Notes under the pieces: model-generated
Database searches by the model: none
What the model saw: only the letters and a program-made list of their open reading frames with translations
What the model was told of the DNA's origin: nothing
Shown: positions 26,536-36,719 of the stretch, piece after piece
Layout of the letters: each line of letters begins with the position of its first letter
How positions within the stretch are numbered: position 1 is the stretch's first letter
Position numbers and translations under genes: made by a program
Source: Thermoanaerobaculia bacterium
GTDB lineage: Bacteria > Acidobacteriota > Thermoanaerobaculia > UBA5066 > Gp7-AA6
Direction of reading: 5' to 3'
Length of the DNA stretch: 64,000 nucleotides
Assembly (NCBI GenBank): GCA_046716885.1
Contig: JBKJWL010000051.1
Span: 6,489 to 70,488, forward strand

Positions 26536-27954
26536 GTGGCCGAACCCGAGAGCACCAGAGCGGTATTCTGGTACCGGGGCGGCACACCGTCTCTCCCTTC
26601 TCTCCAGGGTCGTCTCCGCGCCGACTTCGCCATCGTCGGAGGCGGCGTCTCTGGCCTGGAGGTGGCGCGGTCGCTGCTGGACAGAGCTCCCGGCGCAATC
26701 GTCGCCCTCGTCGAGTCCCGATTCTGCGGCTCCGGCGCGAGCGGTCAGAGCTCCGGGTTTCTGACGCCGGACAGCGAGCTCCAGGTGGCCCAGCTCGCGC
26801 GTCGGTTCGGGGATGAGACGGCCGGACGCCTCTGGAGGGCCGTAGACGAGGTCGTTCAGCGCGTCCGCCAGGACATTCGCGGCTTCGACCGTTCCTGCGA
26901 CTTCCTCGAGGCGGACAGCTTCTTCGTCGCGAACGGGGACGGTGGACGTCGAACCATCGAGCGAGAGCACCGCGATCGACAGAGGCTCGGCCTCACGTCG
27001 CGTCTCTATTCCGCGGACGAGATTCCCGAGGTCCTCGGTACCACGGGGTTCGCCGGCGGCGTGCGCTATGCCGGCACGTTCGGAATCGATAGCTTCGCGT
27101 ACGTGCGCGCGCTCCGGGATCAGCTCCGGGCGAGGGGTTTGTGCGTCTTCGAAGACACGCGCGTCCTGGCGCTCGAGCCGCACGCCGTCCAGTGCCCCGG
27201 CGGGGAGATTTCCGCGGAGACGATCTTTCTCTGTACCGATCGTTTCAAGCCGGAGCTCGGCGCCCAGCCGGCGGCGGCTTCGCAGGTCCAGACGGTGCTG
27301 GCCGTTACGGAACCGCTGCCGGACGGTCTTTACCGCGCCCTCTTTCCCGAAAAGCCGCTCCTCGTCTGGGACACGGATCTCGTGTATCAGTACTTCCGGC
27401 CGATCGGCGAGAATCGCCTTCTGCTCGGCGGCGGCCTCCTCTCTCGGACGTACGCGTCGAGCACGGACGGCGCGGAGCGGACCGTCGCCCACCTGCGCCG
27501 CTACTGCCGCGAAAAGCTCCCCGAGCTCGGGGAGCTCGCGATCACCCACTGGTGGCCGGGATTCATCGGGGTCACCAAGGATTTCCTTCCGCTCGCCGGC
27601 CGCAGCCCGCGCGTGCCTTCGCACGCCCTGGCGATCTGCGGGGCCGGGCTCCCATGGTCGATGCTGGCGGCGAGGGTCGCGACCCGGGTCGTCCTGGAGG
27701 GCGGGACGGAATTCGACGACTGCCTGCGCCCGGGACGCAGTTTCACCGATCTCGATCCCCTCCAGCCAGTCGCCGGAAAGCGCGTCACGTTCGCTCTGTC
27801 GCACTACTACGCCAAGGAGTGGTTGCGGGGCTCGCCCGAGCGAGTGCGCAGACGCCGGCCGCTCCTCGCGTCGATCGGCGTCGCCACCGCGGCGACGGCT
27901 CTGCTCTTCCGGAAGCGCCGCCGGCGCCGCCCGGCCGCCTCCCGGCAGCGCTGA
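26536..27954 (+). CDS. FAD-dependent oxidoreductase (DAO/glycine-oxidase-like) with C-terminal membrane anchor
   Basis: GTG start. DFAIVGGGVSGLEVA dinucleotide-binding motif, CGSGASGQSSGF, and a C-terminal hydrophobic helix LLASIGVATAATALLF followed by RKRRRRRP. Confidence 0.8.
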   Translation: MAEPESTRAVFWYRGGTPSLPSLQGRLRADFAIVGGGVSGLEVARSLLDRAPGAIVALVESRFCGSGASGQSSGFLTPDSELQVAQLARRFGDETAGRLWRAVDEVVQRVRQDIRGFDRSCDFLEADSFFVANGDGGRRTIEREHRDRQRLGLTSRLYSADEIPEVLGTTGFAGGVRYAGTFGIDSFAYVRALRDQLRARGLCVFEDTRVLALEPHAVQCPGGEISAETIFLCTDRFKPELGAQPAAASQVQTVLAVTEPLPDGLYRALFPEKPLLVWDTDLVYQYFRPIGENRLLLGGGLLSRTYASSTDGAERTVAHLRRYCREKLPELGELAITHWWPGFIGVTKDFLPLAGRSPRVPSHALAICGAGLPWSMLAARVATRVVLEGGTEFDDCLRPGRSFTDLDPLQPVAGKRVTFALSHYYAKEWLRGSPERVRRRRPLLASIGVATAATALLFRKRRRRRPAASRQR

Positions 27955-27955
27955 G

Positions 27956-28591
27956 TCAGCGCCAGAGGTCGCGGAGGCGCCGTTCGTCGGCGAGCGTCAG
28001 CGGGAAAAAGCGCTCGGTGTCCGAGGCGAAATCGGCCGGCCGGCACGCCGCGGGCCGCCCGCACATCAGCGTACTCTGGTCGCTGTTGTGGCCCAGGCCC
28101 AGAACGTGGCCGAGCTCATGCGCCGTCGCGTTGCGCGCAACGTTCGGCAGTGACAGCGGCTCCACGTCGGCGCGGCGCAGAGCGATGAAGCCTTTGGACC
28201 CCCGAGTCCACACGACTCCGAAGGACATCAGATCGGCTCCCGACAGGGCGACCACGACGTCTCCGGGGATCGGCTCGATCACCGGCTGGAGGGTGCGCGT
28301 ACTTCGCCCGTTTTGCACTCCCTCGCTGAGCTCCCGAAGGACCTGCTCCGACAGGGAATCGTTGACGACTCGCACGGGGCCCAGCCGGACGCCTGCGGCG
28401 AGCTGCTCGAGATGGCGGTTCCAAAACGTGACCGCTTCCTGGACCGCGGCCACTCGGGAGTCGTCGGGGTTTCCGATCACCGTGACGCTCAGAGGCGTCT
28501 GGGCAACGCCGGAGGCGTCGAACGGCAGAATGAGGACCGCCGCGGCCAGGGGGACACGAAAGAACGCGAGGGGCCCCGAAAAAGCGCCCAC
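27956..28591 (-). CDS. Secreted metzincin zinc metalloprotease (matrixin/M10-like)
   Basis: 211 aa. N-terminal signal. Complete HExxHxxGxxH motif (AHELGHVLGLGHN) followed by STLMC (Met-turn candidate). Confidence 0.75.
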   Translation of the reverse strand: MGAFSGPLAFFRVPLAAAVLILPFDASGVAQTPLSVTVIGNPDDSRVAAVQEAVTFWNRHLEQLAAGVRLGPVRVVNDSLSEQVLRELSEGVQNGRSTRTLQPVIEPIPGDVVVALSGADLMSFGVVWTRGSKGFIALRRADVEPLSLPNVARNATAHELGHVLGLGHNSDQSTLMCGRPAACRPADFASDTERFFPLTLADERRLRDLWR

Positions 28592-28634
28592 CCCGGTTTC
28601 CTAGCAATCCCCGTGCTCAGGCGCACGTCAAGAC

Positions 28635-29366
28635 TTAGGGAACTCTCGATCGCGAGTTCTCCTCGGAGGCATCCAATCGGAATCGCACCTCCTTGTAGTT
28701 CTCAGCGAGGTAGGTCAGCAGCCCGTAGACAAGGACAATGACGCCGGCCATCTCGAGGCTCTCCTCGACGGTGGCAATCATGGCGTACCTCAAATTGTTG
28801 TCCCCGTGCAATTCGGCATGGTGCATTCCGATGATGTCGAAACCCACCGCTCCCCCCATGAAAAGGAACCCGGCGATCAAGAACGTGACTCTCGTCTTCG
28901 CCGGCAGACGCCTCAAGAATCCCCAGAACAACAGGGTGAGAACGGCCACGACGGCGAGCCCGCGGATGGCCCAGTAAGAACGACCCAGATCGGCACTGCC
29001 CAGGAGGTTGCGTACCGGGACGCGCAGCCTTTCATGGAGGGCCAATCCCTCGTCGAATGCGAGGTACAGAAAACCCAGGGACAGGATGGCCCATCGCCAT
29101 CCATCGGGACTCTTTTGCTTCCTCGCCAGTACGGTGACGACCGCCGAACAGAGAGCCGCGAAGGCCAGAAGGAGCGCGGAAAAGAGGGTTGGGAAATTTC
29201 CCTCGTCGTCCACGAAAGTGAGTGAAATGAGTCCCAGAACCTCGTCGTGCCCGGTCAGAAATTTTACCAACTGCCCTGCGGTGCTGGCGAGAACGAGGAG
29301 AAAAGCCGCCGCTCCGAGGGCACGAGCAACCGCAGAGGGCTTCAGGAGTATCTGATTGATTTCCAT
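28635..29366 (-). CDS. Multi-pass membrane protein of unknown function
   Basis: 243 aa with about 6 hydrophobic helices (e.g. [92 protein letters not shown]). Lower G+C than its neighbours: 36/60 by hand count at 28801-28860. Confidence 0.6.
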   Translation of the reverse strand: MEINQILLKPSAVARALGAAAFLLVLASTAGQLVKFLTGHDEVLGLISLTFVDDEGNFPTLFSALLLAFAALCSAVVTVLARKQKSPDGWRWAILSLGFLYLAFDEGLALHERLRVPVRNLLGSADLGRSYWAIRGLAVVAVLTLLFWGFLRRLPAKTRVTFLIAGFLFMGGAVGFDIIGMHHAELHGDNNLRYAMIATVEESLEMAGVIVLVYGLLTYLAENYKEVRFRLDASEENSRSRVP

Positions 29367-29469
29367 CCTCCTCGTGTTGTGGTCGGGTCTGGCGAGTCGA
29401 TCGCGCCCGCGAGAATGGCCCGTATTCTAACGCGAGCGACACCGCACTCTCGTTGGGTCGCTCGATCGG

Positions 29470-29547
<78 letters not shown>

Positions 29548-29556
29548 GAAGGGGGC

Positions 29557-29585
29557 TTTATACGCGATTGGCGGGCTTTCTGCAA
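29557..29585 (-). promoter_or_regulatory. Sigma70-type promoter for tRNA-Pro (TTGCAG-N17-TATAAA)
   Basis: Minus strand: TTGCAG (29585..29580), exactly 17 nt, TATAAA (29562..29557). The -10 element ends 9 nt before the mature tRNA 5' end. Confidence 0.6.
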
Positions 29586-29665
29586 AGGTGAGCGGTTCGA
29601 GCCCGGGATCCCCCGCCCTGCTCGGGATGACAGCGTACGCCGCGGGGACCGGGCGGAACAGGTCG

Positions 29666-31825
29666 CTACTGGACGCGGGCCGAGAGCTTTCCGCCGGAAA
29701 GCTCGAGGCGGAGGGTCTTCGAGTCCCCGCCCGAGAACTGGGCCGTCGTCGTGGTGAAGCTCGAGGGCATGTCCGGGCCGGACAGCCAGGCCTTGATCGC
29801 GGCCTGGCCCGAAGGAACCGTCATGCTGGCGAGCACGCTGTGGCTATCGTTCTTTTTGAACGAGAAGGGCTTTCGCAGGAGGATCTGGTCGTTGACGGCC
29901 ACCATCACGTGGCCCGCGTTGATCGGCGAGTCGAACACGAGGCGCAGCGTCGCGATTCCGGGAACGACGGCCGGAGCCGGACCCTGGACCGCCGCAGGGC
30001 CGGTCGGCTGCGCCGGCCCGAGCTGCGGAGCCGGCACAGTCTCCTTCTTGCGCGCGACCTGCGTCTCCCGGGCCTTGGCGCCCTTCTTCCTGGCCGCGGC
30101 GTCGGCGACGGCCTTGTCCTCCGCGATCTTCTTGTCGGCCTCGTCGCGGACCGCGAGGGCATCCGCGTTGGCGGCATCGAGCGCGAGTACCTCCTCGGCT
30201 TTCTGCTTCGCTTCGTCGGCCCGCCCCTCCGTCAGCGCCGTCCTCGCCGCCTCGATCGCCAAGACGGTCTGCTGTGTCGTCTGCTCTTCCTGCTGGCGCG
30301 CCACGACCGCGTTCTCCGACATCTGCGCGTACCTGCGCGCCTCCCCGTTGTTGGGGCTGCGAGCGAGAACCTGCCGGAACTTCGCGAGGCTCTGATCGTA
30401 TTGGCCGGCGTCGAAAAGCTTCTTCCCTTCTTCCAGCGCCTGGCGCCTTTCCTGCACCTCCTGCTCGAACGCCGCGTCCTGCTCGACGGTGGGAGTGGCG
30501 GCGGACCTCGCCCGGAGCACGAAGAACCCGACGATGAGGACGAGGACCCCCAGAGCCGCGGCCGAGACGAGCCAGAAATACCGGGGGTTCACCTCGGCCT
30601 TCGCGAGCTTCTTCCAGTCCTGAGTCAGGGGCGCCGAAGGCACGGTCGCATCGGCGGCCGGGGGCGGCGGCGGGTCCTCCCACTCCGGCGCTTCCGGGAA
30701 TTCCGATTTCATCGCCGCCGCCAGCTCCGGTGCGGCGGTCGTCGATTCGAGATCCTCGAAGCTGTCGTCGAACGAGGGAGATTTCTTCGGCGCTCCCGCG
30801 AGCGGACCCGTCGGGGGGCTCACCGGCGAGATCGGCGGAGGGACGACCGTGGTGTCGCGGGGGGCGCCCTGGGCCGCGAGCTCCTGCAGATTCGCGAGCT
30901 TCAGCGTGGGCATGTTCTCGGCGGCCGAGACCATCGTCCCGAGCTCCTGCAGCGCCTTCTGCTCTTCCAGGTGCGCCTTGAGCTGGTAGAGCGCCAGGGC
31001 CAGGTCCTTGCCGCGCTGATAGCGATTCCAGGGGTCCTTGGCCATCGCCCGCGCCACGATCGGGTTGAACTCGGGCGGGATGTCCGGTGAGAGCTCGGCC
31101 GGAGGCGTGAAGTCCTCGTGGACGATCTTGTAGGAAATCGCCGTGAGATTGTCGCCCTGGAACGGCTTGCGGTTGGTCAGAAGCTCGTACAGCACGACGC
31201 CGAGCGAGAAGATGTCGCTCCGGCCGTCGACCGGAGCTCCCGAGACCTGTTCGGGCGACATGTAGTTGGGGGTGCCGAGGAACTGGCCGGTGGTCGTCAG
31301 GTTCGAGGAGGCGATCTTGGCGATCCCGAAGTCGGTGATCTTCACCTTGCCATCGGTGGTGAGAAGGATGTTGGCGGGCTTGATGTCGCGGTGAATGATC
31401 CCCTTGCGGTGCGCGTAGTCGAGCGCTTCGCCGATCTGCGCCACCAGGTCCGCCATCTCGTCCCAGCTGAACTTGTTCTTCTCGGTCAGGAGCGACTTGA
31501 GGTTTCTCCCCTCGATGTACTCCATGGCGATGAACGAGGCCCGGCTCTCCGTGTCTTCGCCGATATCGTGGATGGTCACGATGTTGGGGTGGGACAGGAT
31601 CCCCGCCGTCTGCGCCTCGCGGACGAACCGCTCGCGGAACTCGCGCGACTCCGAGTCGTCGTCGCCCCCGTGGGAGGACTTGATCGTCTTGATGGCGACC
31701 AAGCGGCCGATGACGGGGTCTTTGGCGAGGTAGACGACGCCCATCGCCCCCTTGCCGAGCTCGTTCAAGACCTCGTAACGGCCCAGCTTGCCCACGCGCG
31801 TGCCTGTCGTTACCTTACCCGACAT
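29666..31825 (-). CDS. Hanks-type Ser/Thr protein kinase with TM helix and extracytoplasmic TPR-like/beta-rich C-terminal region
   Basis: ATG 31825 (TTG 31873 is an alternative). [40 protein letters not shown] segment [22 protein letters not shown]. 719 aa. Confidence 0.85.
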   Translation of the reverse strand: MSGKVTTGTRVGKLGRYEVLNELGKGAMGVVYLAKDPVIGRLVAIKTIKSSHGGDDDSESREFRERFVREAQTAGILSHPNIVTIHDIGEDTESRASFIAMEYIEGRNLKSLLTEKNKFSWDEMADLVAQIGEALDYAHRKGIIHRDIKPANILLTTDGKVKITDFGIAKIASSNLTTTGQFLGTPNYMSPEQVSGAPVDGRSDIFSLGVVLYELLTNRKPFQGDNLTAISYKIVHEDFTPPAELSPDIPPEFNPIVARAMAKDPWNRYQRGKDLALALYQLKAHLEEQKALQELGTMVSAAENMPTLKLANLQELAAQGAPRDTTVVPPPISPVSPPTGPLAGAPKKSPSFDDSFEDLESTTAAPELAAAMKSEFPEAPEWEDPPPPPAADATVPSAPLTQDWKKLAKAEVNPRYFWLVSAAALGVLVLIVGFFVLRARSAATPTVEQDAAFEQEVQERRQALEEGKKLFDAGQYDQSLAKFRQVLARSPNNGEARRYAQMSENAVVARQQEEQTTQQTVLAIEAARTALTEGRADEAKQKAEEVLALDAANADALAVRDEADKKIAEDKAVADAAARKKGAKARETQVARKKETVPAPQLGPAQPTGPAAVQGPAPAVVPGIATLRLVFDSPINAGHVMVAVNDQILLRKPFSFKKNDSHSVLASMTVPSGQAAIKAWLSGPDMPSSFTTTTAQFSGGDSKTLRLELSGGKLSARVQ

Positions 31826-31990
31826 AGGTTTGGAACGAGTCCCTCCCGGCCCGGCGGAAGCCGCGGTTGGCAAGTGGACGCCGGACGGCGAAATTCTAGC
31901 AGGTTGCCGGCCCAGGAAGGGGCGAATCTGTCCGGATGCGGCGGGACTTCACCCCGGGCCGCCGCCGCAATCGAGCGTATTCTGCGCTCG

Positions 31991-32830
31991 ATGGAACACC
32001 CGGCCGAGGCCGTTCGCAGCGAACGCATCCTGCACAGCGCGGGGGGAAGGCTCGAGACTCGGGATGACCGCGTCGCCGTCGAGGAACCCCTCGAGATCCG
32101 CGTGGGCGCGGACACGCTCGCCGTCACGATGCGCACGCCGGGACACGATTTCGAGCTGGCCGCCGGCTGGCTCGTGGCCGAAGGCATCGTCCATCGGCCC
32201 GAGGACATCGTGCGCGTCGAGCACTGCCGCGAGGTCCAGTCGCCCGAAGAGGAGGGCAACGTCGTCATCGTCCGCGCGACGGTGCCGGCGGGCTCACTGC
32301 TCGATCGCGCCCGCCGCTTGACCGTGACGACCTCGTCCTGCGGCCTTTGCGGCAAGGGCTCCATCGAGGCGGTGCACGGGCGGTTTCCGCCGGTCTCTTC
32401 GAACGCGCGCGTCGAGGCCTCGGTGCTCTCCTCGCTGCCCGACACCCTGCGCCGCTCCCAGACGGCCTTCGGCGAGACCGGCGGTCTCCACGCCGCGGGC
32501 GTCTTCACGCTCTCGGGCGAGCTCCTGGTCCTGCGGGAAGACATCGGGCGGCACAACGCTGTCGACAAGGTCGTCGGATTCCTGTTCCGGGAGGGCCGGC
32601 TTCCCCTCTCGGAATCGATCCTGCTCGTTTCGGGGCGGGCGTCCTTCGAGATCGTGCAGAAGGCCGTCGCCGCCGGAATCCCCATCGTGGCCGCCGTCTC
32701 CGCTCCCTCTTCGCTCGCCATCGATCTTGCACGCGAGTCCGGCGTGATGCTCGCCGGCTTCCTGCGGGAGGGCAGCTTCAATCTGTATTCGGCGGAGGGT
32801 CGCCTCGCCGGCGGCGCGATCGCTCGATGA
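31991..32830 (+). CDS. fdhD: Formate dehydrogenase accessory sulfurtransferase FdhD
   Basis: 279 aa. TPGHDFELAAGWLVAEGI, SSCGLCGK (catalytic Cys), EDIGRHNAVDKVVG, ILLVSGRASFEIVQKA. No formate dehydrogenase genes in the window. Confidence 0.85.
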   Translation: MEHPAEAVRSERILHSAGGRLETRDDRVAVEEPLEIRVGADTLAVTMRTPGHDFELAAGWLVAEGIVHRPEDIVRVEHCREVQSPEEEGNVVIVRATVPAGSLLDRARRLTVTTSSCGLCGKGSIEAVHGRFPPVSSNARVEASVLSSLPDTLRRSQTAFGETGGLHAAGVFTLSGELLVLREDIGRHNAVDKVVGFLFREGRLPLSESILLVSGRASFEIVQKAVAAGIPIVAAVSAPSSLAIDLARESGVMLAGFLREGSFNLYSAEGRLAGGAIAR

Positions 32831-33109
32831 GCTCGGGCAGCACCCAGCCCAAGAGGACGCCGGCGAAGGCCAGCAGCCCCACAGCCAGCAGAAACGCCAC
32901 CCCGATCGCGAGACAGGAAAGCGCCGTCATGGGGTCGACGCCGTGAGGGACCCGCAGCCCGCCAGAGGCGGCCCGGAGGAGCGGCTCCGGAGCCGCAAGG
33001 CCGTCGCGGCGGCGCTGCTTCTGGCGGGAATTCTGGCGGCGGCGGGCATGGTGTTTCTCTGGGTAGTCTTTTCGCGGGCCTGCGTGAGCCCTTCAATATA
33101 ATCCGGCTC

Positions 33110-35191
33110 ATGAAACCACTTTCCGCTCCCGAGCTCCGCAACGTCGCCGTTGTCGGCCACAACACAGTCGGAAAGACCACCCTCGTCGCCTCCCTCCTGC
33201 ACGCCGCCGGGGCGACCACGCGGCCGGGCAAGATCGACGACGGCACCTGCCCGACCGACTTCGACGGGGAGGAGATCGACCGCAAGATCTCGATCAATCT
33301 GTCGAGCGCGCACGCGATCCACCGCGACACCCGCATCAATTTCCTGGACGCCCCCGGCTACGGGATCTTCGCCCCGGAGGCGCGCTCCGCCGTCTACACG
33401 GCCGACGCGGCGATCATCGTCCTCGACGCGGTCGCGGGGGTCGAGGTCCAGACCGAGCGGGTCTGGAAGTTCGCGGCCGAGTTCGAGCGGCCGGTCCTCT
33501 TCGTCGTCAACCGGATGGACCGCGACCGCGCCTCGTTCGATCGGACCGTGGAGTCCCTCCGGAAGAAGTTCGGCCACGGAGTCATCCCCCTGCAGATCCC
33601 CGTCGGCGAGGAGAAGGCCTTCAAGGGCACCGTCGATCTCGTGCGGATGGAAGCGCATCTCAACGAGGGCGGCAAGCGCGCCGACAGCCCGATCCCAGCG
33701 GACCAGGCGGAGCGGGCGAAGGCCGAGCACGAGGCTCTCGTCGAGGCGGTCGCCGAGGGCGAGGACGACCTGATGGAGAAGTTCTTCGCCCAGGGCACCC
33801 TCGAGCCGCAGGACATCCTTCCCGGCTTGAAGCGCGAGATCGTCGAACGCAAGGTCTTTCCGGTCTTCTGCGCGTCCTCCGCCAACGGAGTCGGCGCGCT
33901 CCGCATCCTGGACGCCTGCGTGGCGCTCCTGCCCTCGCCCGAAGGCCGGAAGAACGAGGGCGTCGGCAAAGACGGCAAGCCCGTCATGGTCTTCTGCAAC
34001 GAGAAAGATCATGCCGTCGCCCAGGTGTTCAAGACCGTCTCCGACCCCTTCGCGGGCCGGATCTCGTATCTGCGCGTGCTCGCGGGCCGTTTCCAGTCCG
34101 ACGGCAATTACTGGAACTCCTCCAAAGGCGTCCACGAACGCTTTTCCGGGCTCTTTCTCCCCCAGGGCAAGGAGCACGTCAACGTGCCGGAGGCCAGGGC
34201 GGGCGACATCGTCGCGGTGGCAAAGCTCAAGGAGACGCACACCGGCGACACGATCACGACCAAGGACAATCCGGTCGTCCTGCCGGCGCTCGCGGTCCCC
34301 GAAGCCTCGATCGCGTACGCCATCGAGCCCAAGGCCAAGGGCGACGAGGACAAAATCTCGACGGCCCTCCACAAGCTCATCGAAGAGGATCCGTCGCTGA
34401 ACTTCCAGCGGGACGAGGAGACCAAGGAGTTCCACCTCGCCGGCGCCTCGCAGCTCCACGTCGAGATCGCCGTCGCGAGGCTGAAGAAACGGTACGGCGT
34501 CGAAGTCATCCTGCACCCTCCCAAAGTCCCGTACCGGGAGACAATCACGAAGAAGGCCGAGGCACACGGCCGCCACAAGAAGCAGACAGGGGGCCACGGC
34601 CAGTTCGCCGATTGCCGCATCCGGGTCGAGCCGCTCCCCCGCGGCAAGGACTTCGAGTTCGTGGACGACATCTACGGCGGCTCGATCCCGCGCAACTTCA
34701 TCCCGGCCGTCGAGAAAGGCATCCAGGAGGTCCGGCGCAAGGGCTTCCTCGCCGGATTTCCGATGGTCGACTTCCGCGTCATCCTCTACGACGGCCAGTA
34801 CCACGACGTCGACTCCTCGGAGCTCGCCTTCAAGCTCGCCGGCGCCCTCGCCTACAAAGAGGCGATGGCTGCGGCCCGGCCCACGCTTCTCGAGCCCGTC
34901 ATGAACGTCGAGATCACCGCCCCCAACGAATACGTCGGCGACCTCATGGGTGACCTGTCGTCCCGCCGCGGCCACGTCCAGGGCATGGACGCCACCGAGG
35001 ACGACACGGTCATCAAGGCCCAGGTCCCGATGGCCGAGCTACTGACCTACGGCGCGCAGCTCCGGTCGATCACCCAGGGACGCGGGTCCTTCCACCCCGA
35101 GTTCTCGCACTACTCCGAGGTCCCGCACGGTCTTCAGGACAAGATCATCGCCCAGGCGAAGGCGGGCAAGGCCGAGGCGAAGGAAGCGTAG
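33110..35191 (+). CDS. Elongation factor G paralogue (EF-G2-like translational GTPase)
   Basis: 693 aa. G1 GHNTVGKT, G3 DAPGYGIF (Tyr where canonical EF-G has DTPGHVDF), G4 NRMD. Domains III-V are conserved (KVPYRETI..KKQTGGHGQF..YHDVDSSELAF). A TATAAT hexamer at 33097-33102 lies 7 nt upstream of the ATG, with no SD. Confidence 0.9.
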   Translation: MKPLSAPELRNVAVVGHNTVGKTTLVASLLHAAGATTRPGKIDDGTCPTDFDGEEIDRKISINLSSAHAIHRDTRINFLDAPGYGIFAPEARSAVYTADAAIIVLDAVAGVEVQTERVWKFAAEFERPVLFVVNRMDRDRASFDRTVESLRKKFGHGVIPLQIPVGEEKAFKGTVDLVRMEAHLNEGGKRADSPIPADQAERAKAEHEALVEAVAEGEDDLMEKFFAQGTLEPQDILPGLKREIVERKVFPVFCASSANGVGALRILDACVALLPSPEGRKNEGVGKDGKPVMVFCNEKDHAVAQVFKTVSDPFAGRISYLRVLAGRFQSDGNYWNSSKGVHERFSGLFLPQGKEHVNVPEARAGDIVAVAKLKETHTGDTITTKDNPVVLPALAVPEASIAYAIEPKAKGDEDKISTALHKLIEEDPSLNFQRDEETKEFHLAGASQLHVEIAVARLKKRYGVEVILHPPKVPYRETITKKAEAHGRHKKQTGGHGQFADCRIRVEPLPRGKDFEFVDDIYGGSIPRNFIPAVEKGIQEVRRKGFLAGFPMVDFRVILYDGQYHDVDSSELAFKLAGALAYKEAMAAARPTLLEPVMNVEITAPNEYVGDLMGDLSSRRGHVQGMDATEDDTVIKAQVPMAELLTYGAQLRSITQGRGSFHPEFSHYSEVPHGLQDKIIAQAKAGKAEAKEA

Positions 35192-35201
35192 GGGGCCGGC
35201 C

Positions 35202-36719
35202 CTACAGCGTCCGCCACCGTCTCCCGTCCTTCTCGAGGAACTTGTCCGCCGCCTCGGGGCCGAAGGTGCCGGCGGCGTAGTTCGAGAAGTCATCGGGCGG
35301 GGTCTTCTCCCAGGCGTTCAGGATCGGCGTGAGCACTTCCCAGGCGTGCTCGGCCTCGTCGCCGCGGATGAAGAGCGTCTGGTCGCCGTTGGTCACGTCG
35401 AGGAGGAGGCGCTCGTAGCCGCCGTGGATCGGCGCGCCGAGCTTCGAGTACGGGAAGTCCATGTAGACGGACTGGATCTGCAGGGCCGGCCCCGGGATCT
35501 TGACGCCAAACTTCAGCGACACGCCCTCGTCGGGCTGGATGTGGAGCCTCAGCACGTTCGGGAGAAGCCCTCCCGAGGCCTTGTGGAAGAAGCGGTGCGG
35601 CACGCCTTTGAACTCGATCGCGATCTCGCTGACGCGCTTGCCCAGACGCTTTCCGGAGCGCAGGTAGAAGGGCACTCCCGCCCAGCGCCAGTTGTCGATG
35701 GCGATCTTGATAGCCGCGTAGCTCGAGGTCGTCGACTTCGGGTCGACCTTGGGCTCCTCGCGGTAGCCGGGGACTCTCTTCCCGTCGACGACTCCCGGCC
35801 CGTACTGGCCACGCACCGCCCAGTCGTCGACCTCGCCTTCCGCGAACGGCCGGATCGACCGCAGCACCTTGACCTTCTCCGCCCGGATCGCGTCGGCCTC
35901 GTAGGCGGCCGGCGGCTCCATCGCCGTCAGCGTCAGAAGCTGCATCAGGTGATTCTGAAACATGTCGCGCACGACGCCGGCCTTCTCGTAGAAGCCGGCG
36001 CGGTGGCCGACGCCGACCGATTCCGCGACGGCGATCTGGACGTGGTCGACGTACCGGTGGTTCCAGAGCGGCTCGAAGACGCCGTTGGCGAAGCGCAGGA
36101 CGAAGATGTTCTGGACGGTCTCCTTGCCGAGGTAGTGGTCGATCCGGTAGATCTGCCTCTCTCGGAACACGCGCAGGAGCACTTCGTTCAGGTGGCGTCC
36201 GGACACGAGATCGTGGCCGAACGGCTTCTCGACCACGACGCGTACCCAGCCGCTGTCGACCGTGGCGAGGCCCTCCTCTCCGAGCGCCGTCACGATCGGC
36301 TCGTCGGCCTCGGGGGGTGTCGCGAAGTAGAAGATGCGGTTGCGCGGGCCCCCGCGCCGGCCCTCGATCTCCTCCATCCGCTCCCGCACCGTCCGGTAGA
36401 GCGCGGGGTCGGCGAAGTTGCCCGAGACGTACTCGACGACGGCCGGGAGGTCGCCGGGGCGGCCCTGCGTGGGTGGCGTGAACTCGCGCGCGCCGCTCTC
36501 CAGGTGCGCCCGGAAGGCCTCGTTCGAGAACTCGGTCCGCCCCACGCCGAGGATGCCGAAGTCCGCCGAGAGAGCCCCGTCGCGATTGAGGTGAGCGATG
36601 GCCGGGGCCAGGAGGCGGCGCGTCAGGTCTCCCGACGCGCCGAAGATCACGAGCGTGCAGGGCGGCCGGATGGCCTCTTCGGCTTTCCGGCCGGACGAGC
36701 CTCCGGAGTCCGCGGTCAA
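35202..36719 (-). CDS. zwf: Glucose-6-phosphate 1-dehydrogenase
   Basis: 505 aa. TTG start overlapping the tal stop (TTGA). FGASGDLTRR NADP motif, RIDHYLGKE active-site signature. Confidence 0.9.
   Translation of the reverse strand: MTADSGGSSGRKAEEAIRPPCTLVIFGASGDLTRRLLAPAIAHLNRDGALSADFGILGVGRTEFSNEAFRAHLESGAREFTPPTQGRPGDLPAVVEYVSGNFADPALYRTVRERMEEIEGRRGGPRNRIFYFATPPEADEPIVTALGEEGLATVDSGWVRVVVEKPFGHDLVSGRHLNEVLLRVFRERQIYRIDHYLGKETVQNIFVLRFANGVFEPLWNHRYVDHVQIAVAESVGVGHRAGFYEKAGVVRDMFQNHLMQLLTLTAMEPPAAYEADAIRAEKVKVLRSIRPFAEGEVDDWAVRGQYGPGVVDGKRVPGYREEPKVDPKSTTSSYAAIKIAIDNWRWAGVPFYLRSGKRLGKRVSEIAIEFKGVPHRFFHKASGGLLPNVLRLHIQPDEGVSLKFGVKIPGPALQIQSVYMDFPYSKLGAPIHGGYERLLLDVTNGDQTLFIRGDEAEHAWEVLTPILNAWEKTPPDDFSNYAAGTFGPEAADKFLEKDGRRWRTL

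Noticed and set aside
35192-35206. GGGCCGGCCC palindrome between the convergent EF-G2 and zwf stops, considered as a terminator
   Set aside because: The intergenic gap is only 10 nt and the palindrome overlaps the zwf stop codon. It cannot form a hairpin with a realistic loop and has no U tract.
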